NCBI GenBank assembly: GCA_009783145.1
Contig: WRHR01000002.1
Coordinates: 34,834-98,833, forward strand
DNA from: Alphaproteobacteria bacterium
Lineage (GTDB): Bacteria; Pseudomonadota; Alphaproteobacteria; Rs-D84
Direction of reading: 5' to 3'
Length of the DNA: 64,000 bases
Numbering within the stretch: the stretch's first letter is position 1; each line of letters begins with the position of its first letter. Shown in pieces: positions 31,268 to 39,235 of this stretch. Under the pieces are notes generated by a model. It did no database searches. It had not been told where the DNA came from and was given only the letters and a program-made list of their open reading frames with translations. Made by a program: the position numbers and the translations under genes.

Positions 31268-33001
31268 TTAATGATTATGCTTTTCAATTGCGTCGGCCAA
31301 GGCTTTATAATTACTATCCCGCAAGGCGGTCAAAAGGCCGTCTATCTTATTCTTCTGAATCCCCAGCGCGATCAAGACTTCCTGGCCCAGCACAAAGCTG
31401 GATTCTATCGTTTCCGGCAATGCGACCAATGCGCCCTCGGCCCGCAATTCTTCCGATTCCTGCATATTGCGCACGCGCGCAAAGATTTTTACCCGCGGCG
31501 ATGCTAACCTGGCCGCGCGTATAGTCCGCTTCGCTATCGCGGCATTATTCAGCGCCACCACTACCGCGCGCGTGCGCCGTGGCGCAAGGCCCAGTCTTTT
31601 CAGAACAGCCTCGCTGGTCGTATCGCCGTAAAATACGTTAAAGCCCGCCTCGCGCGCAAAAGCCACCGCATCGACATTCGCGTCGATTGCAAGGTACGGA
31701 ATTTTTTGCGCCTCCAGCATCTGCGCGATAGTATGCCCCACGCGTCCGAACCCGCAGATAATTACTTCCGCCTTGATTTCCAGCAGCTTTTCGTTATTTA
31801 TCTTTTCGGCCTGAGCGGGATTGAATAATTTCCCGCGCGAATTCAGCAAGTCATAAACCGCCAGCAATATCGGCGTCACCATCATCGACACGACTATGAT
31901 TGCGGTCAAGACTTCGCCATGTCCGAACGGTATGGCTTGGATATCATTGGTTTTCATAGTCTGCAGAATCAGCAGCCCGAATTCGCCGCCTTGGGCCAGA
32001 ATCAATGCGATAAGGAACGATTCGCGGCTGGAAACATTTCTTACGCGCGCAACTATGTAGATCGCAAAGAACTTGATTACGACCAATGCGATAACGCCCA
32101 GCGCGATAACCCACCAGTTCTGGGCCAGCAGCGGCAAGTCCAGCCCCATGCCCAAAGCGATGAAAAAGAATGACAAGAACAATATCTGATAAGGTTGCAT
32201 GTCCGCCTGAACCTGATGGCGGTATACGGTCTCGGACAGCAGCATTCCGGCAAGGAACGCGCCCATCGCAGGGGGCAGCCCAAAATACCCGAACACCACC
32301 GCCCACAAAACTATGTTCAGCAATATGGCCAAAAGGAAGGCTTCTTTGGATTTGAGTTTTACAACGGCCCTCATCAAAGGATTCAACAGGAACCGGCCGA
32401 CGATGACGACGCCCAGAACAAGACCGGTCGACATAACCAGAATATCGATGACTTCGGCGCCAAGGTTAAACGAACGGCCGGCCAAAATAGGCAGCATCGC
32501 CAGCAAAGGAATAGACAGCAAGTCTTGAAACAGCAATATGGAAAAGGTCTGGCGGCCCATGTTCGACTGCAGCTCGTTTCGATCGGCCAGAACTTGCAAG
32601 TCGCCGGAAGTGCTGGACATAGCCAGCATCAAGGACACCATAACCGTCCCCATTATCGTCCAACTGGTCAGCCCGAAAAGAATAGGGAATATCATCACGG
32701 CAACCATCAGAACCTGCGCGGCGCCGAACCCGAAAATGCTATGGCGCAGTCCCCAAAGGCGCCGCATGTTTATTTCCAACCCTATGACGAACCACAAGAA
32801 TATGATTCCGATCTGCCCCAGGAAAGTCCATATTTCCGAAATCTCCCACAGCTTCAACGCATAAGGCCCGGCAATAACGCCCGCGGCCAGAAACGCCAGC
32901 AAGGTCCCGACGCGGAAAAGGCGCAGCAAGAACACCAGCGCGAACGCAACGCCCAGGAATATGAAAATAGAAGTGCTCATTTTTTCTCTCCGTCCCCGCA
33001 A
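31268..33001 (-). CDS. kefB: CPA2 K+/H+ antiporter with C-terminal TrkA-N (KefB/KefC type)
   Basis: About 12 TM Na_H exchanger domain + Rossmann GFGRVGHTIAQML. Confidence 0.8.
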   Translation of the reverse strand: MRGRREKMSTSIFIFLGVAFALVFLLRLFRVGTLLAFLAAGVIAGPYALKLWEISEIWTFLGQIGIIFLWFVIGLEINMRRLWGLRHSIFGFGAAQVLMVAVMIFPILFGLTSWTIMGTVMVSLMLAMSSTSGDLQVLADRNELQSNMGRQTFSILLFQDLLSIPLLAMLPILAGRSFNLGAEVIDILVMSTGLVLGVVIVGRFLLNPLMRAVVKLKSKEAFLLAILLNIVLWAVVFGYFGLPPAMGAFLAGMLLSETVYRHQVQADMQPYQILFLSFFFIALGMGLDLPLLAQNWWVIALGVIALVVIKFFAIYIVARVRNVSSRESFLIALILAQGGEFGLLILQTMKTNDIQAIPFGHGEVLTAIIVVSMMVTPILLAVYDLLNSRGKLFNPAQAEKINNEKLLEIKAEVIICGFGRVGHTIAQMLEAQKIPYLAIDANVDAVAFAREAGFNVFYGDTTSEAVLKRLGLAPRRTRAVVVALNNAAIAKRTIRAARLASPRVKIFARVRNMQESEELRAEGALVALPETIESSFVLGQEVLIALGIQKNKIDGLLTALRDSNYKALADAIEKHNH

Positions 33002-33004
33002 AAC

Positions 33005-33838
33005 TTATAGCACATTAGCGCGCGCTAGTTCAACAAACTTTTCCATAGGCAATTCTTCCGCGCGCTCTTGCCCGGTTAATCCGAATTGCGACCAATCGAC
33101 GCCGGGCATAATGCTGCGTATCATTTTCCTCCGCTGGCCGAAAAGCTTCGCGGTCAGCTTTTCAACGGATGACAGCTGAATTGTTTTTTTATCTTTCGGG
33201 ATTATCTGCACAACCGCGCTTTGGACTTTCGGCGCGGGGAAAAAAGCGGTATTCGGAATATTGAATAAAATCTTCGCGTCCGCAACCAAAGCGGTAAGAA
33301 CGCTCAGCCGGCCGTATTGCTTATCGCCGACGCGCGCGACGATTCTATCCGCCACTTCGCGCTGGAACATTAAGGTCATAGAGTGGAGAGTGGAGAGTGA
33401 AGAGTGTAGTTGGTGCAGCCACTGAATTAAAAGTTCAGTTCCGATATTATACGGAAGGTTGGAACAAATTGCTAAATCATCTGCACTCTTCACTCTCCAC
33501 TCTTCACTCTTGAAATATTTCAATGCGTCGCCATAAATAACTTCCAGGCGGCCGTCTGCGGCGTTCGAAATTTTTTTCAAAATCAGCCCGGTCGCACGGT
33601 CTTTTTCAATCGCGATAACTCGCGCGGCGCCGCACTCCAGCAAAGCGCGCGTCAGGCCGCCCGGCCCTGGGCCGACTTCGACAACCGTAGCGCCCTGTAT
33701 GCCCGGCACGCTGCGCGCTATTTTCCGCGTGAGGTTCAGATCGAACAGGAAATTCTGGCCCAGCTGCTTTTTGGGTTCCAGGCCCGCATCGCGCATCATT
33801 TCTGCAACTGGGGGAAGATTTAATAATTTTTCATTCAT
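33005..33838 (-). CDS. rsmA: 16S rRNA (A1518/A1519) dimethyltransferase
   Basis: SAM motifs VVEVGPGPGGLT, NLPYNI; contains a 28-bp inverted repeat pair in-frame. Confidence 0.85.
   Translation of the reverse strand: MNEKLLNLPPVAEMMRDAGLEPKKQLGQNFLFDLNLTRKIARSVPGIQGATVVEVGPGPGGLTRALLECGAARVIAIEKDRATGLILKKISNAADGRLEVIYGDALKYFKSEEWRVKSADDLAICSNLPYNIGTELLIQWLHQLHSSLSTLHSMTLMFQREVADRIVARVGDKQYGRLSVLTALVADAKILFNIPNTAFFPAPKVQSAVVQIIPKDKKTIQLSSVEKLTAKLFGQRRKMIRSIMPGVDWSQFGLTGQERAEELPMEKFVELARANVL
33379..33512. repeat. Inverted heptamer arrays (gagtgaa/gagtgga ... cactctt/cactctc) inside the rsmA coding sequence
   Basis: atagagtggagagtggagagtgaagagtgtag and ctgcactcttcactctccactcttcactcttg, 71 bp apart, bracketing the NLPYNI codons. 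Confidence 0.85.
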
Positions 33839-34464
33839 ATCTGCTTTCTGCCGCCGAACGCAATGCTCAGCGTTCCGTCGTCGATGTAATCCAGGTCGCC
33901 GCCCAAAGGCACGCCGGATGCCAGTTCTGTAAATTGTAGGGGCGAAATATTTTTCGCCCCAGGGGCGAATGATAATTCGCCCCTACAAACCTGTGCGACA
34001 TAATGCTGGGTTGTTTTTCCTTCCACCGTATTGGGCAGGGCAAAAATGATTTCGACTATTTTTTCATCATCGATACGCGCGGGCAGACTTGCGATATTCA
34101 AATCTTCGGGAGTGGTTCCCGCGGCGCCGGACAGCAAGCCGCCGATGATATGATAGCGCCCCTTGAACACGCCGGATTTTTCCAAAGTCCAAACATCGCC
34201 CAAATCGCGGACCAGACATAACTGGCCGTTAGCGCGCGCGGGATCGCGGCAGAATTCGCAATTATCACAATCGGTCAAACACCCGCATACGGGACAAGGA
34301 CGTACAGATTCGGCAGTATCATTCAGCGCTGCGGCCAGGGCAGCGGCCCTGCCTGTTTTGTCCTGCAACAGGGCCAAGACTATGCGCTGCGCCGCCCGCC
34401 CTCCGACCCTGGGCAGCTTTGCGAATTGTTTAATAAGCTTTTCGATTTTCTGATTCATCGACAA
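33835..34464 (-). CDS. recR: Recombination protein RecR
   Basis: HhH, C4 zinc finger CPVCGCLTDCDNCEFC, Toprim; carries a 53-bp in-frame double hairpin. Confidence 0.85.
   Translation of the reverse strand: MSMNQKIEKLIKQFAKLPRVGGRAAQRIVLALLQDKTGRAAALAAALNDTAESVRPCPVCGCLTDCDNCEFCRDPARANGQLCLVRDLGDVWTLEKSGVFKGRYHIIGGLLSGAAGTTPEDLNIASLPARIDDEKIVEIIFALPNTVEGKTTQHYVAQVCRGELSFAPGAKNISPLQFTELASGVPLGGDLDYIDDGTLSIAFGGRKQI
33935..33987. repeat. Tandem double hairpin (ggggcgaa-N-ttcgcccc)x2 framed by tgtagg...cctaca, in-frame inside recR
   Basis: tgtaggggcgaaatatttttcgccccaggggcgaatgataattcgcccctaca encodes CRGELSFAPGAKNISPL on minus. Confidence 0.8.
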
Positions 34465-34507
34465 AATATTAGCCTAAACTAACAACATAAATAAAGCACA
34501 AAAAACT

Positions 34508-34538
34508 TTGACAAATCAGTTTTAATCTATGTTATAAT
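34508..34538 (+). promoter_or_regulatory. Candidate sigma-70 promoter TTGACA-N19-(TGt)TATAAT with strong SD aaggaaagga
   Basis: tttgacaaatcagttttaatctatgttataatat 25 nt upstream of the ATG at 34565. Confidence 0.45.
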
Positions 34539-34564
34539 ATCCATAACCAAGGAAAGGATATAAA

Positions 34565-35692
34565 ATGGCGGACACTCAAAAATACCCGAAGTCATTCGAA
34601 GAAGTCTTGAAGATGGCGATGGACAAGAAACCGGAAAAAGGAAGATTTGGCGATTGGGGGGGCTGGCGCATCATGGCAAACGCCGGCAAGGCGGAATTTA
34701 TCGGAACCCCTTGGAGCGAGGGCTTTCCGAAAACACTGGATGATGCCAAACATCTGAGAGTTTGGCACGACAATGAAGAATTTTTCGAAATGTTTATCAA
34801 TGCTGACGCGGATAACTCCGCCGAAGCGAGGGATTTTCTGCAGCGCGCGAATCTTATCGGCGCCGTGCTGGATAATAACTTCAAAAGTCCGGAAAATATG
34901 ATTGTCTTTCTGAAAAACGTGAAATCCCTGACCGACGAGCAGCTGAAATACAATGTGCTGAAACAAGTATCCGACCACAACGATAAAAAAATAAATTATG
35001 ATAAAAATTTGATGCTTGCACAAAGCCCGTTTGTAACGACGAACGACCTGCAGCATGTTTTATGGGTGATTTACGAATATAACGACAGAAAAGACGACCT
35101 GGCGCAGTGGTCGGCGGAACAAAGGGAAATCGCGGCCAAAGTCGCGAATGATTTGCTTGCGCTTGCCGACAAGGAACTGCGCGCGGAACTTGCCAAAGAC
35201 ATTCCGGATACGCAGGTTTTCAAAGACCTTGAAAGAAATTCGGATGCGGCTATCAAGTATTTGCCGGCAGCGCAGGATTACAAAGAAAAACAAAATCTGG
35301 AGAAAGAAATCGCGAAAAAGTTCGATGTGAACCAATTGCTGGGCGACACCGAATATATCGCCAAGTACGACCAAAGCGTCTTGTTGAAAAACGAAGAGCT
35401 GAAAGCGGAAATAGAAAAACTGAATCGCGAAAAAGAGGAAAACGCCGCACAGCAACAGCGCGATTCCAAATATAGAACGGAACTGGAGCAAATGAACGCG
35501 CGATTGCAGGGAGAGATTACCGGGCTAGAAAACCAGCTGTCGGAAGCAAAGAACACTTCCCAAAACACGCAATCGAAATTAGCTAAGCTTCAAGAAGCCG
35601 TGGAAAATACTTCTGCAAAAACATCTTTGAAAACCGGCAGAATCGCAAATTTGCAAAAGATTGTAAAAGAGCAAACCGAACAAAAAAAATAA
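34565..35692 (+). CDS. Hypothetical soluble protein with a long C-terminal coiled coil (K/E/Q-rich)
   Basis: 375 aa, no signal peptide, no recognisable domain; one of the few plus-strand genes. Confidence 0.5.
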   Translation: MADTQKYPKSFEEVLKMAMDKKPEKGRFGDWGGWRIMANAGKAEFIGTPWSEGFPKTLDDAKHLRVWHDNEEFFEMFINADADNSAEARDFLQRANLIGAVLDNNFKSPENMIVFLKNVKSLTDEQLKYNVLKQVSDHNDKKINYDKNLMLAQSPFVTTNDLQHVLWVIYEYNDRKDDLAQWSAEQREIAAKVANDLLALADKELRAELAKDIPDTQVFKDLERNSDAAIKYLPAAQDYKEKQNLEKEIAKKFDVNQLLGDTEYIAKYDQSVLLKNEELKAEIEKLNREKEENAAQQQRDSKYRTELEQMNARLQGEITGLENQLSEAKNTSQNTQSKLAKLQEAVENTSAKTSLKTGRIANLQKIVKEQTEQKK

Positions 35693-35707
35693 TAAAAGCG
35701 GGGTGGT

Positions 35708-35834
35708 GTTCCCCTCCTGTGGAGGGGTCGGCGAAGCCGGGGGTGGTTCGGGTAATGTTCGTATGTTGTGTATAATTTCGTGCATTACATAAACCACCAC
35801 GGCCCTTTGGGCCACCCCTCCACAGGAGGGGAAC
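35708..35834. mobile_element. RPE-like palindromic element, intergenic copy 3
   Basis: gttcccctcctgtggaggggtcgg...ggggtggttcgg...accaccacgg...cacccctccacaggaggggaac. Confidence 0.85.
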
Positions 35835-35863
35835 ACCACCACACGAATTTCAGAATATTTTAA

Positions 35864-36976
35864 TCAATGAAACACAAAGCAATCTATCTGCTGCGTTTTG
35901 GCCGCCTGGCATGCGCTCTGCGCCGCGCTTTCCGACAGGCCGTTCGCACGCACGCGGAACATTCCGCTGGGGGAAGGCTCAACCACCGCTGACAGTCCTG
36001 TAATATTACGAACGCGCGTCACTTGCGATTCTGCGGCCGCCCGTGATCCGAAAGCACCAAATTGAACGCCAGTCCCGCCCGCGTTTTGCACGGGAACAAT
36101 TGCCGCGGGCTTGCTTAACGGCTTCGTTACGGCCACGGGCGGCGGCGCATAATTATTCTGCACCGCAACCGGCGCCGCGCCAGTTCCTAGTATTGTAAAT
36201 CCTTTATCCAGCATCCTTGTCGAAACCGCGGCGCGAATATCCTTGGTTTGCGCGCCCAGAACAACGCTCATCACGCGCCGACCGTCGCGTTTGGCTGTTG
36301 CCACCAGCGAATATTTGGACTTGTTCGTATATCCTGTCTTCATACCGTCGCATCCCGGATACGACGCCAGCAGCCGGTTCCCGTTGGTATAAGTCTGCCC
36401 GTTATAAGTCCAGCTTTGAATCCCGAAATATTTCCAATATTGCGGGAAATGCTTGTAAACCGCCATAGACAGCAATGCGATATCGCGCGCGCTTGACAGG
36501 TGGTCGTCGTCCGGCAATCCGGACGAGTTCTCGAAATTAGTCTTGGAAAGCCCGATTTCCGTCGCGACCTGTGTCATCAATGACGCGAAGTTTCCCTCCT
36601 TTCCACCCTTCAGGTTTTCCGCCAAAACCCGCGCGACATCATTCGCGCTGTGCACCGCGACGGCTTTTATCGCGTCTTCAACCCTTATCTTCGACCCCGC
36701 GGCCAGGCCCAGTTTTACAGGCAAAGCATTCGCCGCGCTTTGCGAAACGATTAAGTGGTCGTCCAGATTAAGACGCTTGTGCTCCAACGCGTCGAATGTC
36801 AGATACAGCGTCATGATTTTCGTAAGAGATGCCGGATAATTCAGGTCGTTCGCGTTCTCGGAATAAAGCACTTTGCCCGTATCCAAGTCCGCGACAAGCA
36901 CGGCGTTATAGTCGGCTGCAAACGCCGATACCGAAAGAATAAAGAATAAAGAATAAAGAATAAAGAATCTCTTCAT
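35864..36976 (-). CDS. dacA: D-alanyl-D-alanine carboxypeptidase (PBP5/6 class) with C-terminal SPOR domain
   Basis: SxxK (ASLTK), SxN (SAND), KTG motifs; C-terminal VQFGAF...SPOR-like; signal peptide MKRFFILYSLFFIL from a repeat arm. Confidence 0.8.
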   Translation of the reverse strand: MKRFFILYSLFFILSVSAFAADYNAVLVADLDTGKVLYSENANDLNYPASLTKIMTLYLTFDALEHKRLNLDDHLIVSQSAANALPVKLGLAAGSKIRVEDAIKAVAVHSANDVARVLAENLKGGKEGNFASLMTQVATEIGLSKTNFENSSGLPDDDHLSSARDIALLSMAVYKHFPQYWKYFGIQSWTYNGQTYTNGNRLLASYPGCDGMKTGYTNKSKYSLVATAKRDGRRVMSVVLGAQTKDIRAAVSTRMLDKGFTILGTGAAPVAVQNNYAPPPVAVTKPLSKPAAIVPVQNAGGTGVQFGAFGSRAAAESQVTRVRNITGLSAVVEPSPSGMFRVRANGLSESAAQSACQAAKTQQIDCFVFH

Positions 36977-37082
36977 AGCATGAAAGAGTACAAAATTTTC
37001 ATATAAAAGGTCAATTAATAAAAGTACCGCGCAACCTAGATTACGCGGCCCTAATTTATTCTTTATTCTCTATTCTTTATTC
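36937..37082. repeat. Heptamer-array hairpin element, family E: (aagaata)x3 - spacer - (tattctt)x3; left arm codes the dacA signal peptide, right arm abuts the pyk stop
   Basis: gaaagaataaagaataaagaataaagaat ... ttattctttattctctattctttattcttta. Confidence 0.8.
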
Positions 37083-37083
37083 T

Positions 37084-38472
37084 TTAATCCAAATCTCTCA
37101 ACGAAATTTTATCCCCTTCGACTATTACCAGCTTTCCGCGCGTGACGCCAAAGCGACGCGCCGCCTCGGACGCGTCCTTTTGTCCGAACATCTGCTCGTT
37201 AAAAATCGGATAGACCCCGCGCGAAAGGCACAACTGATTCGCATCTATCGCATCGTTGCAGACCGCGATTATCGGCATATCGGGTTTCCGACAGGAAACA
37301 GCCGTCGCAATTTCAGTCCCCGCGTCAAACACCACGATCGCCGCGGCTTTGTTCAAATGAGCCATCGACGCGACGCTGCGCGACCAGTCGTTTTCGGGCA
37401 AGTTCTCGATTCGCGTCCAATCCTGTCCGTTCTCATAAACGTCCCCGTCGGCGTTGGTCACGATTTTCGACATAGTATCGATCACGTTTATGGGATTGTC
37501 GCCAATGGTCGTTTCTTCGCTGGTCATAACGCAGTCCGCGCGCAAATAAGACGCCAGCGCGACGTCGGAAATTTCCGCGCGCAAGGGGAACTCGCTGTGA
37601 ACCATGCTGCCCAGCATCTGCGTTGCGACGATGATCGGCTTGTTCATCTTGCGGCACATGCGGATGCTTTCGCGCTGCAGCGCGGGAAGCTTTTCAAAAG
37701 GTATTTCCACGGCCAAATCCCCGCGCGCGAACATAATAGCGTCGGAAATCTGAATGATTTCTTCCAGCCGTTCCAACGCCTGGGGCCGTTCTATTTTCGA
37801 AATGATTTTAATAGGCTGACTGGAACGAGCCGTGATAAAATCGCGGGCCTCGGCCACGTCTTCGGGCCGCTGCACGAAAGAAATCGCAACCCAATCGGGG
37901 TTCTTGGTCAGCGCGTATTCCAAATCCGTACGGTCTTTTGGCGTCAGCACCGAAGTTTCTATATCGGTATCGGGAATATTGAACCCGCGGCGCGACCAGA
38001 TTTCGTCGCCGCGCTTTACTTTTGTCGTCACGGAGCAGAGCCTGGATTCAACCGTGCAATTGTTATTCAGAACTTCCAGCTCTATCTTTCCATCATTCAA
38101 TAAAACGCGGTCGCCGACTTTCAAGGACTTCAAGACATCGTTATCCGGCAGGCAGACGCGGGTTTCATCGCCGCGAGCAGGATTATTGTCCAGAACGAAT
38201 TCCTGACCGACTTTCAAAGGATAGTGGTTTTCGGTTTTAAAGTCGCCTATGCGGTGCTTTGGCCCCTGCAAGTCCGCGATGATCGCAATCGGACGGCCCA
38301 GTTCTTCGGATATCTGTCGTATCAAGTCAATCTTTTGCCCCTGGACATCGCCGGTGTCATGCGAAAAATTCAGGCGGCAGGCATTCACGCCCGCATCAAC
38401 CATCGACTTCAAAGTCTTGTAATCCTGGCTGTTCGGTCCGATGGACGCGATTATTTTAGTGAGTTTGGTCAT
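37084..38472 (-). CDS. pyk: Pyruvate kinase
   Basis: MTKLTKIIASIGP..., conserved K+/Mg sites, 462 aa. Confidence 0.85.
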   Translation of the reverse strand: MTKLTKIIASIGPNSQDYKTLKSMVDAGVNACRLNFSHDTGDVQGQKIDLIRQISEELGRPIAIIADLQGPKHRIGDFKTENHYPLKVGQEFVLDNNPARGDETRVCLPDNDVLKSLKVGDRVLLNDGKIELEVLNNNCTVESRLCSVTTKVKRGDEIWSRRGFNIPDTDIETSVLTPKDRTDLEYALTKNPDWVAISFVQRPEDVAEARDFITARSSQPIKIISKIERPQALERLEEIIQISDAIMFARGDLAVEIPFEKLPALQRESIRMCRKMNKPIIVATQMLGSMVHSEFPLRAEISDVALASYLRADCVMTSEETTIGDNPINVIDTMSKIVTNADGDVYENGQDWTRIENLPENDWSRSVASMAHLNKAAAIVVFDAGTEIATAVSCRKPDMPIIAVCNDAIDANQLCLSRGVYPIFNEQMFGQKDASEAARRFGVTRGKLVIVEGDKISLRDLD

Positions 38473-38553
38473 AAGAAATTACTCCGTAAATTCTAATTGA
38501 TTTTTCATTTTTCAATGATACCATACCTGCGCAAATAAACAAGAGGGATTTTT

Positions 38554-38802
38554 ATGGCAAAAGAAAACCACGGCTCCATAGACAATAAACAATTGCTGAC
38601 CATCATAGAGCGCGTTGAAAAACTGCAGGAAGAAACCAAGGCAATCGCGGCCGATATCAAAGAGATATACGCCGAGGCTAAATCGGCCGGATACGACCCG
38701 AAATACATCCGCCAGATGATACGCCTGCGCAAACTGGATCCGGATGAAATCGACGAAGCGGACGAGCTGACCAAGATGTACCGCAACGCTCTCGGTTTAT
38801 AA
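38554..38802 (+). CDS. GapR-like DUF2312 (UPF0335) small DNA-binding protein
   Basis: 82 aa; LLTIIERVEKLQEE...IKEIYAEAKSAGYD matches the alphaproteobacterial DUF2312 pattern. Confidence 0.65.
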   Translation: MAKENHGSIDNKQLLTIIERVEKLQEETKAIAADIKEIYAEAKSAGYDPKYIRQMIRLRKLDPDEIDEADELTKMYRNALGL

Positions 38803-38839
38803 ATCGCTTTCGCGATTTATAAACCGAGAGCAGAGTAGC

Positions 38840-38935
38840 GCGCGCTTCGCGCGCAGAGTAGAAGAGTAGGAGATTATTAGATACTCTCTAACTCTTTTAC
38901 TCTGCGCGCGAAGCGAGCGTTACTCTCTTACTCTT
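38840..38935. repeat. Heptamer/octamer-array hairpin element, family C (copy 2) with GC hairpins gcgcgcgcttcgcgcgc
   Basis: cagagtagaagagtaggag ... tactctctaactcttttactctgcgcgcgaagcgagcgttactctcttactctt. Confidence 0.8.
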
Positions 38936-39235
38936 ATGAAAAGATTCTCTCGCACTATTGAAAACTTTACCTGCGCGCATTGCGGCGCGAGCGTGAAAGG
39001 TGACGGCTATACCAACCATTGCCCACGCTGCCTTTGGTCGCGGGATGTGGATATAACTCCTGGCGACCGCGCATCCAGATGCGGCGGAATGATGCGTCCC
39101 ATCGGAGTCGAAACCACAAGCGACGGATTCATAATAATTCACAAATGCGAGAAATGCGGCAAGATTGCCCGCTGCCGCGCCAGCGAAAATGACGACACGG
39201 GCGCAATAATCAAGATTTCAGTGCAGCCGCTATGA
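38936..39235 (+). CDS. RNHCP-domain zinc-ribbon protein
   Basis: CAHCG ... TNHCPRC ... CEKCG spacing. Confidence 0.5.
   Translation: MKRFSRTIENFTCAHCGASVKGDGYTNHCPRCLWSRDVDITPGDRASRCGGMMRPIGVETTSDGFIIIHKCEKCGKIARCRASENDDTGAIIKISVQPL

Noticed and set aside
28241-35842. Small ORFs 28241-28606, 31120-31524, 35579-35842 sharing the peptide FPSCGGV...EPP...PPQEGN
   Set aside because: They are translations of the RPE-like palindromic element in one frame. Similarity comes from the repeat, not from a gene family
38786-38822. Palindrome ggtttataaatcgc-tttc-gcgatttataaacc as an intrinsic terminator for the DUF2312 gene
   Set aside because: Good stem but no downstream U-tract. Possibly an operator or processing site, so left uncalled
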